Of a stretch of 64,000 nucleotides of DNA, positions 48,162 to 57,830 are shown piece by piece (position 1 is the stretch's first letter; each line of letters opens with the position of its first letter). Location of the stretch: the NCBI GenBank assembly GCA_021820565.1, contig JAKADL010000001.1:2786-66785 (forward strand), read 5' to 3'. Source of the stretch: Thermoplasmata archaeon. Its GTDB lineage: Archaea > Thermoplasmatota > Thermoplasmata > Thermoplasmatales > Thermoplasmataceae. The notes below the pieces were generated by a model. The model saw only the letters and a program-made list of their open reading frames with translations. It was not told the origin of the DNA and made no database searches. The position numbers were made by a program, and so were the translations under genes.

Positions 48162-49251
48162 AACGAAGGTTGACCATGCTGGTTTACTTATTAAAAAAGC
48201 TATGGATGCCGAATCCGCCGGAAATAGAGAGGAAGCAGCTCGGATATATAAAAATGCATATGATGAAATCATGGAAATAGCTGCGCATTCCAGTGGAAGG
48301 ATAAGGGAAAAAAGACTGCGCCAGGCGGAAAGCCTGAAAAAAATTTATGAATCCATTGAGGGGAAACCTGATGAAGAGGACAGGGTGGCCGAGGGGAGAA
48401 AAATTCTGGATCAGCTGAATATAGAACCACCTGAGATACCAAAGATTACTTTCCAGGAGGTTGCAGGGCTTGAAAATGTGAAAAATGAGATAATGTCAAA
48501 GATAATATATCCAATGAGATATAAGGAGCTCTCCCAGGAATATAATATTGAATTCAGTGGTGGAATGCTGCTTTATGGACCACCCGGTACTGGCAAAACA
48601 TTTATTGTCAAGGCTATAGCTAATGAGGTAAAAGCCAATTTTATTAATGTTAACCCATCTACATTGTACAGTCAGTGGTTCGGGCAATTTGAAAAAAATA
48701 TATCACAGCTATTCCATGCTGCATATTTATTATCTCCATCAATATTATTTTTCGATGAAATAGACACGCTTGTACCGAAACGATCTGGTTCTGAATCAGA
48801 TGCAGCAAGAAGGGGAGTTTCACAGCTTCTTACGGAAGTTGGCGGGCTCACATCCCAGAAGGACAGGAATATATTCATAATAGCTGCCACAAATAATCCC
48901 TGGGGAATTGACGAGGCAATAATGAGGCCGGGAAGATTCGATGTCAAGATATATGTCCCACCACCTGATTATGAATCCAGAAAGAAATTATTCCAGCTAA
49001 AATTATCTGAAATTAAGCACCTGGGCAAAATAGATTATGGAGATCTCGCAGAGAAAACAGAAAGATATTCTGGTGCGGATATTGAGTTCATCTGCAAAAA
49101 GGCTGTTCAAAATGTATTCATGGAAGTCATAAAAACGGGGGATAAAATTGATGTTACAACGGAAGACCTCCTGGATGTGATATCCCAGATAAAACCATCA
49201 ATAGATATTAGTCTTCTCAAAAAATATCAGGATTACACATTGACCACGTAA
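48154..49251 (+). CDS. MIT-domain AAA+ ATPase (Vps4/CdvC-like), paralogue 2
   Basis: N-terminal MIT-like helices (LLIKKAMDAESAGNREEAARIYKNAYDEIMEIA), Walker A GPPGTGKT, Walker B LFFDEID, pore loop QWFG, RPGRF. Colinear with, and clearly similar to, paralogue 1 across the ATPase domain (by eye). Start chosen at ATG 48154; the track ORF starts at 48133. Confidence 0.8.
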   Translation: MTETKVDHAGLLIKKAMDAESAGNREEAARIYKNAYDEIMEIAAHSSGRIREKRLRQAESLKKIYESIEGKPDEEDRVAEGRKILDQLNIEPPEIPKITFQEVAGLENVKNEIMSKIIYPMRYKELSQEYNIEFSGGMLLYGPPGTGKTFIVKAIANEVKANFINVNPSTLYSQWFGQFEKNISQLFHAAYLLSPSILFFDEIDTLVPKRSGSESDAARRGVSQLLTEVGGLTSQKDRNIFIIAATNNPWGIDEAIMRPGRFDVKIYVPPPDYESRKKLFQLKLSEIKHLGKIDYGDLAEKTERYSGADIEFICKKAVQNVFMEVIKTGDKIDVTTEDLLDVISQIKPSIDISLLKKYQDYTLTT

Positions 49252-49288
49252 AATCTGAACCCAATTTTTGTACCGAAATATTTATTAC

Positions 49289-49930
49289 ATGGTAAATACT
49301 ATAAATATTATGTCCATTTTACCTAAGAAAAAGCACCAGTTAACAAAGGAGGAGCAACTCGAAGAAACTAAAGTAAAAATTAAGGATTTGCAGATGAATT
49401 TAAAGAGAGCCATACGTGCACTTCTTAAAAGGGCGCAGTCCCTGGAGGCCAGTAGGCAGGCTGCAGAAGAGAGGAGTTATAATGATATAGAAAATGGATT
49501 ATCAAAGCAAATTAATGATGTAAGAGCATTCATCACATATTTTGATAGAACCAACATACTTCTTGATTCAATTTCATCCCAGCTTGATATGTTCAATGAT
49601 GCGGGAAAGGCAATGGACCTCATAGCTGATAGTGAGGTTATATTCCAGGCACTGAAAATTACGCCCGATCAACAGGCCAGTTATCTAAAATCATTAACTA
49701 GCATAAAGGATATAGCTGATAGCAACCTCAATTCAATCAATGACCAGGTAGAGCAGATAAATGAAAATCTTGGATTCAGTGAGGGTACCGAGTCACCTAT
49801 TTCAGAGGACCAGCTTCTTACCAACTTCCTGAATAGAACTGCGGCAAAGGCTAAAACAGGAAATCAGAAAACTGACGAAATAGATAAAGAACTGGAAAAA
49901 AGAAACACAGAGCGCGAATCACAGAACTGA
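49289..49930 (+). CDS. Coiled-coil protein, candidate ESCRT-III/Snf7 (or PspA/Vipp1)-superfamily member
   Basis: About 200-213 aa. Basic N-terminal helical hairpin (KKKHQLTKEEQLEETKVKIKDLQMNLKRAIRALLKRAQSLE), an acidic central and C-terminal part, and a helical C-terminal tail. Immediately downstream of the MIT-AAA gene. Start is at ATG 49289 or ATG 49310. Confidence 0.4.
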   Translation: MVNTINIMSILPKKKHQLTKEEQLEETKVKIKDLQMNLKRAIRALLKRAQSLEASRQAAEERSYNDIENGLSKQINDVRAFITYFDRTNILLDSISSQLDMFNDAGKAMDLIADSEVIFQALKITPDQQASYLKSLTSIKDIADSNLNSINDQVEQINENLGFSEGTESPISEDQLLTNFLNRTAAKAKTGNQKTDEIDKELEKRNTERESQN

Positions 49931-50090
49931 TCAAATCAGCATTATGATAATCAGAAAAAGAAAGGAAAACCCTCTTTTTTTCGATCTGGGCGTTTTCAGA
50001 CAGCAGAGAAATGAAAATGAATTCAAAAAATTTCTGGAACGTATTAAGGGAAGATGAACAGGCGGGAGGAAGTTATATTACACTGGAATA

Positions 50091-50540
50091 CTATAAATGT
50101 TTAGTCATCCTGAATGCATTGACAGATCCCAGATAACTTAGATTATAATACCCGGAGATTAATTCTGAAATGATATATCCATGATTTTTATAGAAATTTA
50201 TTGCTCCCGAGTTTTTCTCCCTGACCTCCAGCACCACATCCTCATAGCCTCTCTTTTTTGCCTCTATTTCCATAGCCTTTATCAGAAGTGATCCGAGGCC
50301 ATGGCCGTGCTGCTCCGGTATAATTGCAATGCTTTCTATATCGACCGAAATTAGATTCAATTTCTCCATTGTTGCATAACCATATAACACACTGTTATCT
50401 TCAACAACCATTGTAAAACTCCCCGGGCTTTTAAGCATCATTTTAAGCATATAGTTAGAATACGCACCTTCGCCGAAGGCTTTCTGTTCAATTTGCGATA
50501 GAGAATTGAAATCCTGATCCCTGTAATACCTTACATGCAT
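50091..50540 (-). CDS. rimI: GNAT N-acetyltransferase (RimI/Ard1-type N-terminal acetyltransferase)
   Basis: 149 aa with the acetyl-CoA motif PEQHGHGLGSLLI and the typical RimI length. Confidence 0.75.
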   Translation of the reverse strand: MHVRYYRDQDFNSLSQIEQKAFGEGAYSNYMLKMMLKSPGSFTMVVEDNSVLYGYATMEKLNLISVDIESIAIIPEQHGHGLGSLLIKAMEIEAKKRGYEDVVLEVREKNSGAINFYKNHGYIISELISGYYNLSYLGSVNAFRMTKHL

Positions 50541-50588
50541 ATGTGGGGAATATGGGAGAGAAATATATAATTTAACGTCTGGAAAGAA

Positions 50589-51206
50589 TTATTTCCCAAC
50601 TCCGGGATATTCTGAAATTCTGTTATATAGCTGTATAGGCAAGTCCCGAAAACTGCTGTCCTTATCAATTATATTTTTCAGCGAATCACTGATCATAGGA
50701 TCAAATACAAGAATCTCGGCTGGTTTCAAAATGTGTATTACCGGCACTATATAGGTTCTGAATAAGGATTCGATAATATAGTCAAAGGTAACTATGCCAT
50801 TGAATTCCGTTCTCTGGAATAGGTTAAGAAATGTCTCTTTTTCCCTGGTTCTCAGTGGTACTATATTTATCATGGATACATTATCCAATTTTTCAGTAAT
50901 TGGGCGGTACTTATTTTTATAGAATTCCTTATCGTCAAAACTTTCTGGATCATCACCATGTATTCCATTAAAATTTATTATTAATTTATCTGTTTTATCC
51001 CCGTTGAGATTCAACACAGTAAAATCATCAACTGTAAATAGCATATTTATGTCCTGATAATCCAGATCATCATACTCCAGCCCGCCTGGAACAAAATCAT
51101 CCCTGCTTACATATGTACAGTCCTCTATTATATCAACGTTGAAAAGAAAATCAATCGCGTTATTTCTCAATTCATCCAGTTCATCCATGGTATCACCAAA
51201 TAGCAT
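50589..51206 (-). CDS. Hypothetical protein
   Basis: 205-aa ORF with an acidic N-terminal half. No family recognised. Confidence 0.45.
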   Translation of the reverse strand: MLFGDTMDELDELRNNAIDFLFNVDIIEDCTYVSRDDFVPGGLEYDDLDYQDINMLFTVDDFTVLNLNGDKTDKLIINFNGIHGDDPESFDDKEFYKNKYRPITEKLDNVSMINIVPLRTREKETFLNLFQRTEFNGIVTFDYIIESLFRTYIVPVIHILKPAEILVFDPMISDSLKNIIDKDSSFRDLPIQLYNRISEYPGVGK

Positions 51207-51213
51207 TTATGAA

Positions 51214-51294
51214 CGCCACGGGGGTGATTCGAACACCCGATCCACAAGGGAACCAGCTCTCAAGGCTGGCGCCGTACCACTGGGCCACCGTGGC
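51214..51294 (-). tRNA. tRNA-Ser (anticodon UGA)
   Basis: The reverse complement folds as acceptor GCCACGG/CCGTGGC, anticodon stem CCAGC/GCTGG with loop CTTGAGA, a long variable arm (TTCCCTTGTGGATC), T-arm GGGTG-TTCGAAT-CACCC, and discriminator G. Confidence 0.85.
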
Positions 51295-51302
51295 ATTAAA
51301 AA

Positions 51303-51899
51303 TTATTTGCGAAGTCTGCCGTTAGCTCTTATAGAAGGTCTGCTCTTATCGCTTCCGAGCCTGCCATGTCCGAGACCCCTGTTTTTATATGCTGCAGATG
51401 TTAAACCCCTGTATGCCCTTCCCTTGTTCTGAGGCTCTACTATCCATGAGATCTTAGGATCATTATATATTGCAGGTACCGCCTTATCTACAAGTATTAC
51501 CTCGTAATATTTATAAAGCCCATCCTCGCCAACATAATAGGAATTTAACACTTCGGTATTAGGGTACTTGTCTGCAACCCTCTCCTCTGCTATAACCTGA
51601 ATATTCTTTTTCAGGGTCATTTTAGTGTATCCGAGTCTTCTTGGCCTTCTTCCTCCCATTATTTTGGGTTTGTGCTGTCCGCCTCTTCTGACCCTAGCCC
51701 TTACCACTATGTATCCTTCCTTAGCCTTGTATCCTACATTTCTTGCCTTATCGAGTCTCGTGGGTCGCTCTACTCTCTCTATAGCATTGCCTCTTCTCCA
51801 TGAAATCATTCTTTCCTTTTGAATGCCGTATATGCTTGATTTTTTGAGGTGTTTCCATTCATCCCTTATTAAGCTGTATGAAGTTTCCATATTATTCAC
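51303..51899 (-). CDS. rpl15e: 50S ribosomal protein L15e
   Basis: 198 aa. Highly basic, with conserved blocks [31 protein letters not shown] and RRP. Confidence 0.92.
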   Translation of the reverse strand: MNNMETSYSLIRDEWKHLKKSSIYGIQKERMISWRRGNAIERVERPTRLDKARNVGYKAKEGYIVVRARVRRGGQHKPKIMGGRRPRRLGYTKMTLKKNIQVIAEERVADKYPNTEVLNSYYVGEDGLYKYYEVILVDKAVPAIYNDPKISWIVEPQNKGRAYRGLTSAAYKNRGLGHGRLGSDKSRPSIRANGRLRK

Positions 51900-52036
51900 T
51901 TTAGTTGGTACTCTATTTATAAATAATATTTATAGATTTTTATTTGCCCGGCTATTCAAATCCACCAGCGAACTATATTTTATAGGATTTTTCCGGATAC
52001 AACAAAATCAAAATAGTATTCTAATATCAGGTATCA

Positions 52037-52306
52037 TTGAAAGGGTCTATTATAAGAAAGAGATACGTACTCGTATTATGGGAATCCGAACCAGAAAAAA
52101 TGGATAGATACATCTATAATTGTTATCAGGTAAAAAGAAAATATAAAAATAACAATTTTTCCATACTGTTGTGCAATCAGCTCAACAAAATTACAGTTTG
52201 CAATGCAATCGAAAAAAAGGGTGGGAAGATTATAACTGTAAGTGGCACCATAAAAAAATGCAAACAATCACTTGAAAGCAATATAAACCATGCCATACAT
52301 TCCTGA
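52037..52306 (+). CDS. Probable RNase P protein component 2 (Pop5/Rpp14-like)
   Basis: 89 aa with N-terminal RKRYVLV and C-terminal VSGTIKKCKQ, which resemble archaeal Pop5. Short for the family. Confidence 0.4.
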   Translation: MKGSIIRKRYVLVLWESEPEKMDRYIYNCYQVKRKYKNNNFSILLCNQLNKITVCNAIEKKGGKIITVSGTIKKCKQSLESNINHAIHS

Positions 52307-52315
52307 ACAATAATA

Positions 52316-53551
52316 TCATTTTATATCCAGGACCTGTGCAATAGATGAATATAATTTTTTATCTTTCTTTTTGATAATATTATAAAACCACATGTTTCTG
52401 GAAACCGTGGATACTGAAGTGTGCGATATGGATGACATCCGGCCTGCAAAAAATATCTTGCTGGATATTTCAATGTTCTTTTTTCGCAAGCCCAGTTTCT
52501 TGATATACGATGGGAAGTTGTACTTTACATAATGGCTGTTTTTTCCATTGACTACTAGGGACATGCCCGCTGTGATCTCCTTTGCGTAATTGTCCAGTGC
52601 AAAATCTTTGAATCTATTTCCATAGTAAATGTCAGCAAAGGACAGCAAATCATATGCATTCATGAGATCCACCGTATCACTATATTCAAATGGTATATTC
52701 TCATTTATCCATTTCATATAAAAATCAGTTTCTTCATCCATCCCGGATAAAGAATGTAAAATAGAGTTATAATCAGATGATCTGAACGTGTCGGAAGTTA
52801 AATAATAGATGGATTCAGAGGAATCCCTGCTATTATCACCGTAATCTGCTTCATGCACTTTATAAAGGTAAAGATCATTGATCATTGCCCTTATATCTGG
52901 TTCGTTGGATTTGATAATATCATCAATTTGCATGTCATTTATAGATATCCTTTCATTTCCGGCTATTTTCCTTAAAGCCTGCTTGACGGCCTGCCGGAAA
53001 TTTTTATAGTTTACTTCATTTTTTCTCCTGTACGGCGTCATTTCTATATCCAGTGAACGGGATATTATTTCTTTTGCATTATTTTTAGATTTGAATGAAT
53101 AGTAATCATTCATTGTTATGACAATGGGATTTCTGGTATTCTTTATGATATCAAGCAATTCCGAAATTCCACCTGCATCACCGCCTGTTGATTTGCTCCG
53201 GGATTCGAATATATTATCTGCCTCATCAATAAGAATCAATTTATCTGGTACCTTTGTATTTTCATCAAAAAGATCCCTGTATTCCGATGCCATCAATGCA
53301 ATCCTTTTCATATTTTCCCTGTTTCTCGATTCAGATGCATTCATTTCAATAACGTTGAGGCCAGCGTAACGGGCAAGTGCATACGCGGTGCTGGTTTTTC
53401 CTATACCTTGCTGCCCCCAGATGATAAGTGCTTTTTTGGTTTCAGTATGACTAATCCACGATTTGATCCAGCTTAACATGGCATCCTTTGCCTCACTGTT
53501 GAGGATCAGGTCGTTAATATTCTCTGGTCGATAATCGTCGGCAAATGACAT
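52316..53551 (-). CDS. rfcL: Replication factor C large subunit
   Basis: 411 aa with YRPENINDL, Walker A GQQGIGKTS, Walker B LILIDEADN and NASESRN. Confidence 0.85.
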   Translation of the reverse strand: MSFADDYRPENINDLILNSEAKDAMLSWIKSWISHTETKKALIIWGQQGIGKTSTAYALARYAGLNVIEMNASESRNRENMKRIALMASEYRDLFDENTKVPDKLILIDEADNIFESRSKSTGGDAGGISELLDIIKNTRNPIVITMNDYYSFKSKNNAKEIISRSLDIEMTPYRRKNEVNYKNFRQAVKQALRKIAGNERISINDMQIDDIIKSNEPDIRAMINDLYLYKVHEADYGDNSRDSSESIYYLTSDTFRSSDYNSILHSLSGMDEETDFYMKWINENIPFEYSDTVDLMNAYDLLSFADIYYGNRFKDFALDNYAKEITAGMSLVVNGKNSHYVKYNFPSYIKKLGLRKKNIEISSKIFFAGRMSSISHTSVSTVSRNMWFYNIIKKKDKKLYSSIAQVLDIK

Positions 53552-53877
53552 TAATGTACCTTTGTTCCCGGTGCCATTTCTCTGTCCGGAGTCAGGAGTG
53601 AGACACCATTATCATCTTCCACCGCAAGAAGCATGCCCTGACTTTCCAGGCCCATGAATTTAGCCGGTTCGAGGTTATTGAGAATAACCAGTTGCTTTCC
53701 GATCATTTCCTCGGGTGTGTAATAGCTGGAGATGCTTGAAATAATTTGCTTTTTCTGATCTCCCAGATCTACTATGATCTTCAATAAATATCTTGATTTT
53801 TCTACTTTTTCACATTCTACAACCTTTCCTACCCTGATATCGAGTTTATGGAATTCATCAATGCTTATCTCTTCCAT
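53551..53877 (-). CDS. tRNA-binding domain protein (Trbp111/CsaA/MetRS-beta-like OB fold)
   Basis: 108 aa with LDIRVGKVVECEKVEKS...QGMLLA blocks. Confidence 0.8.
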   Translation of the reverse strand: MEEISIDEFHKLDIRVGKVVECEKVEKSRYLLKIIVDLGDQKKQIISSISSYYTPEEMIGKQLVILNNLEPAKFMGLESQGMLLAVEDDNGVSLLTPDREMAPGTKVH

Positions 53878-53906
53878 AACCTGTATTTTAGCTATTCAAT
53901 ATAAAC

Positions 53907-55424
53907 TTATTCATTACGGAATACACTTTTAAAGGATAATGGGTTCAATGCCTTTATAAACGTTATTATTTCTCTGTATGTTATCTGTTTTATTGCAATA
54001 GCTACACCAAAGAATATCACAATAGATACCAGTGCAACAGGCAGGAACAACAGTATAGAATAAACTTGGATATAATATGTTATAACGTAGAGGAATGCAA
54101 ATTGCACAGCGACCGGTATGATCTGGTAAAATATAGTCATATCCGGTTTCATCGATTCTACTCTTATAACAACTATACGATATGTGATGGTTTCAAACAC
54201 CATTGCTATAAATGTACTTACAGCGCCACCCAGAACGCCCATTGACAGGAAAGTAATCCCGAATATTGATGGGGGAATGAGTACAAGATCCAGTATTATA
54301 TTTATTGTCAGGGCAATAATGGTAATTTCGCCTATTTTTTTGGTAAGCCCACGTGCCACAAGACTTGAAGAGTATGCGGAATTGATTGCAATGAGATATG
54401 CAGAAAGAGTAAGGAAGATAAGGATATCTGCATACGGTATAAGTGCAGCAGACCACAGATTGGCTAAATATACTCTCAGAGTTATAAACACAACAACCGC
54501 AGGGAGGATAAAAATAGAGATCGTCCGCTCAAATGATGATATATCTCCCTTGAATTTTTCGTGGTCTGAACTTTTCATGAGCAAAGGTATGAAAAAAATG
54601 CTGATTGTCCCGGCAAAGGTTGTAATCGGTCCGGTAATCTTCTGAAGGCTTGAAAATGCACCTGTTGCGACGGCATGCCAGTAGAATTCTATTAAAACCT
54701 TGTCTATATTGCCACTCACTGATCCTATTATGGAAGCAAGGGCAAGAGGATATGCTACCTTGGTATATTTACGGAATAGATCCATTGATGGTTTGCTGAA
54801 TTTCCATGGCCGCCCGAACATAAATGACACAAAGAAGTACATGAAATAGGAAATACTGTAAATAATTGCCATGATGACAGCGGCACTCAGCGTATTGTAG
54901 CCCGGAATCCTGAGAAAATATGCAGCCCCCAGTATGATAAAAAGCGAGTTTCTGACAACTGCTTCTATAATCTGTGGAATTGACATTCTGGCGGATTTCA
55001 TTTTTGAGTTGAAGTATATGTTTGCGACTCCTGCAAGTCTGTTAAAGAAGAAATACGGGAGCAGGAGTATAATAGTGTATATTTCAACATTGCTCTCGAA
55101 CCCTCTGTGAAATACATCAAGCCAGACAAAAAGTGAAATCAGAACAATTGATACAGTAATAAAGGTCTGTATTGACCTCACCGTAAGAAATGTCCCGTTG
55201 CATGTGCCTTCATCGTATTCCCCGGAAGATAAAAATCTCAGATGCGCGGTTCCATACCCAAGATCACCTACAATGCTCAAAACACCGATAAAAGCCAGGG
55301 AAAAACTCAGAAACCCCCATTCCTGCAACCCCACAAATCTTATTATAAAAAATAGGCCGATGTACCCGAAGATAGAATTTATAATCTGTCCGAAGACGAG
55401 CAGTGGAGATTTCTTAGCAATCAC
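53907..55424 (-). CDS. Polysaccharide/oligosaccharide flippase (MOP superfamily, Wzx-like)
   Basis: 505 aa polytopic membrane protein (about 12-14 helices) with the typical Wzx N-terminus. Confidence 0.65.
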   Translation of the reverse strand: MIAKKSPLLVFGQIINSIFGYIGLFFIIRFVGLQEWGFLSFSLAFIGVLSIVGDLGYGTAHLRFLSSGEYDEGTCNGTFLTVRSIQTFITVSIVLISLFVWLDVFHRGFESNVEIYTIILLLPYFFFNRLAGVANIYFNSKMKSARMSIPQIIEAVVRNSLFIILGAAYFLRIPGYNTLSAAVIMAIIYSISYFMYFFVSFMFGRPWKFSKPSMDLFRKYTKVAYPLALASIIGSVSGNIDKVLIEFYWHAVATGAFSSLQKITGPITTFAGTISIFFIPLLMKSSDHEKFKGDISSFERTISIFILPAVVVFITLRVYLANLWSAALIPYADILIFLTLSAYLIAINSAYSSSLVARGLTKKIGEITIIALTINIILDLVLIPPSIFGITFLSMGVLGGAVSTFIAMVFETITYRIVVIRVESMKPDMTIFYQIIPVAVQFAFLYVITYYIQVYSILLFLPVALVSIVIFFGVAIAIKQITYREIITFIKALNPLSFKSVFRNE

Positions 55425-55456
55425 TTAAACCGCATATAAATTACAACGGATAAACT

Positions 55457-55837
55457 TTATGAATCTATTTTATCCAGTATTTCTATCAATGCCTTTTCAT
55501 ATTTTTCCGCAACCTTGCCGTCTGTTGAAAGATATTCCTTTGAAAGTACAGATGGTTTAGGCATTATGAGTTTTGTATTCTTCCCGTGCTGAATCAGGAC
55601 AACCTTACAGGGGATAAAAGCACCTATATCCTCATTGTCGTGTATGAGATCAACAGCAGCAGGAGGATAGCATACGTCCAGAATATAATATGGCTCCAGT
55701 TCCGTCTTCATCTTTGTAAAAACTTCCTTTACATCTACATATGAAAGTATGAGCCAGTTTGCCTCCTTTAACATTTTATGGATTATGCCAAATATTTCCT
55801 CGGCATCTTTATTGAATGTTTTCTCATATGAGTACAT
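55457..55837 (-). CDS. DUF302-domain protein
   Basis: 126 aa with YYILDVCYPPAA and FIPCKVVL blocks typical of DUF302. Confidence 0.65.
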   Translation of the reverse strand: MYSYEKTFNKDAEEIFGIIHKMLKEANWLILSYVDVKEVFTKMKTELEPYYILDVCYPPAAVDLIHDNEDIGAFIPCKVVLIQHGKNTKLIMPKPSVLSKEYLSTDGKVAEKYEKALIEILDKIDS

Positions 55838-55867
55838 AGATGCATATTACAGAAAAATATATAAACT

Positions 55868-57688
55868 TCATTTAGTGGACTTATTAATTTCTGACTCTTC
55901 CATAATCATGTACTGGAGTTTCTTTCCGGCTTTAATATATTTATAAACAGTGTTTCCTGTATCACTGTTCAATCTGAGCTTTATCATGCCTTTGGAGGAG
56001 CTTCTGGCAGAGAGGACGGAAATGCCGTCGACATACAATTTTACAGGACGATTCCTCGATCCCACATCTATAAACAGTGTTTTATTTTTAATTTCTATTA
56101 TGGCATCCTGCATTATATTTGCATCATCTGATAAAGTATCCACATCAATCTTCAGACCGTAGGATTTTTCAAGCCCGTTTACTGTCTCGCCCTTTCTGCC
56201 GATGAGTCTGGGTATTTTGGCATCCGGAACTTTGATGGTTACCCTGCCCTCTGACATCACCTGAACATCCACATGATCTGTATCGAGGAGCTGCATCATA
56301 TCATCCCTGATTTTGGCAGCAGCCAGTGCAAATAACGGATTCTGCCCGGTTTTTTCATCTCCCACCGGTATTACCACAACCTGGTCTCCGAATGTATAAA
56401 TTTCACTGACGGGTTTGTTCTTCAGAAAATCCCTTATAACTATTACTGGCCTTGCAAGATCTTCCTGATTGAGGCCATAGGGTATTTTTATCTCGTAATC
56501 GGTGGTTAGAACCTGTGCTACCTTCCCGCCCTCAATAAACAGGACCGTGTCAACAACCTGTGGTATGAGTCCGAGTTCTATTCTTCCCACAAAACGCTGT
56601 ATGGCATCAACTGCCCTTGTAGAATGAACAACCCCTATCATACCAACCCCTGCAAGCCGTAGGTCTGAATACACCTTGAAATCCGATGTCACCCGCATTT
56701 CATCGAAAACGGTATAGTCTTCACGAACAAGAAGAAGGATATCCCCCGTTTTTTCCATATCTCCTTCCAGGGTTGTGTACTGGGTTATACTATCATTTAC
56801 CTGCAAATCCCTTGGTTTTTCCATGGTTTTAACAATTTTGCTTCTGGAAGCATAGTATTCCGCCAATGCAGTAACGAAGGTACTCTTTCCCGCTCCCGGG
56901 GATCCGGAAACCAGAATCCCATATGCCTTATTCTGAAGGCGGTCCATAATTCTTTTATCAAGTTTATAGTCTTCAATGGTTGTTTTAACCACGGGCCTCA
57001 CTGCGGTTATTTCCATGATATCAGAAAATGGAGGGCGCGTTATAACTATTCTCAAATTTTTCAGCTGTATAACCGTAGCGCCGAACATATCCATTTCAAT
57101 AAATGATTGATCCTCGAATTTACCACGCTGCACTATGTTGTATGCAATTTTCTCCAGTTCATCATATGACACGATATAATCAAGTTCTTTGAGTACCACC
57201 TCACCGGGCTTGCCGGTTTTAATAAGTGGCTTCATGCCTGCCTTTAAATGTACAGATGAAGTGTATTCATCAAAAAATTCCTGTATATCCTTTGCATCTT
57301 TCTCCTCGCCTTTAATGTAAACAACATTGATTCCCTTTATGGAGGCAATAATGCTCTGTATATGATCCCCTGTTACAAGTGTGGCATTATTATCAAGTGC
57401 CAGATTTCTTATTATATTGTCAATTTCACCACTGTGGGCATTTTTTATCTGCCATTCCATGGGGCGGTTCCCCATTATATCAATATAAATTTTGCCTGAA
57501 TCTGAGAGCATTCGCAATTTTTTGAGTTCTTCAAGTGCAGTAAAACCAATAGATCTACCCTCATTTGCCTGGTGCTCTATTTCCGCAATCATAGCCTCAG
57601 AAAGGATAACTCTTACATCCTTTTTATTGCCTATATAATCCCTAAATTTTCCGCTTACTATTACCGATGTATCAGGTACGTAATCCAC
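55868..57688 (-). CDS. PIN-domain / PilT-like ATPase / KH-domain protein (archaeal COG1855 type)
   Basis: 606 aa with N-terminal PIN (VPDTSVIVSG), Walker A SGSPGAGKST, and a C-terminal KH GxxG (LIGRKGETV). Confidence 0.8.
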   Translation of the reverse strand: MDYVPDTSVIVSGKFRDYIGNKKDVRVILSEAMIAEIEHQANEGRSIGFTALEELKKLRMLSDSGKIYIDIMGNRPMEWQIKNAHSGEIDNIIRNLALDNNATLVTGDHIQSIIASIKGINVVYIKGEEKDAKDIQEFFDEYTSSVHLKAGMKPLIKTGKPGEVVLKELDYIVSYDELEKIAYNIVQRGKFEDQSFIEMDMFGATVIQLKNLRIVITRPPFSDIMEITAVRPVVKTTIEDYKLDKRIMDRLQNKAYGILVSGSPGAGKSTFVTALAEYYASRSKIVKTMEKPRDLQVNDSITQYTTLEGDMEKTGDILLLVREDYTVFDEMRVTSDFKVYSDLRLAGVGMIGVVHSTRAVDAIQRFVGRIELGLIPQVVDTVLFIEGGKVAQVLTTDYEIKIPYGLNQEDLARPVIVIRDFLKNKPVSEIYTFGDQVVVIPVGDEKTGQNPLFALAAAKIRDDMMQLLDTDHVDVQVMSEGRVTIKVPDAKIPRLIGRKGETVNGLEKSYGLKIDVDTLSDDANIMQDAIIEIKNKTLFIDVGSRNRPVKLYVDGISVLSARSSSKGMIKLRLNSDTGNTVYKYIKAGKKLQYMIMEESEINKSTK

Positions 57689-57830
57689 ATTAGATAATTG
57701 TCTATTATTATTTAAATAATTTTAATTTACTGAAAACCTTTATTTTACTGGATTTTAAACAATTTCATACCATTTTATGCCCTTACAGGGTACTCAAAAA
57801 TTATTTAATGCAGCTACTATTTAAGGTATA

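Noticed and set aside
49944-50057. A 37-aa ORF (MIIRKRKENPLFFDLGVFRQQRNENEFKKFLERIKGR) directly after the ESCRT-III-like gene.
   Set aside because: It has no Shine-Dalgarno sequence or motif support, and such short ORFs are common by chance. It is not reported as a gene, but conservation is worth checking if the operon is studied.
51139-51432. A 97-aa plus-strand ORF.
   Set aside because: It overlaps the antisense strand of tRNA-Ser and the 3' end of rpl15e, so it is spurious.
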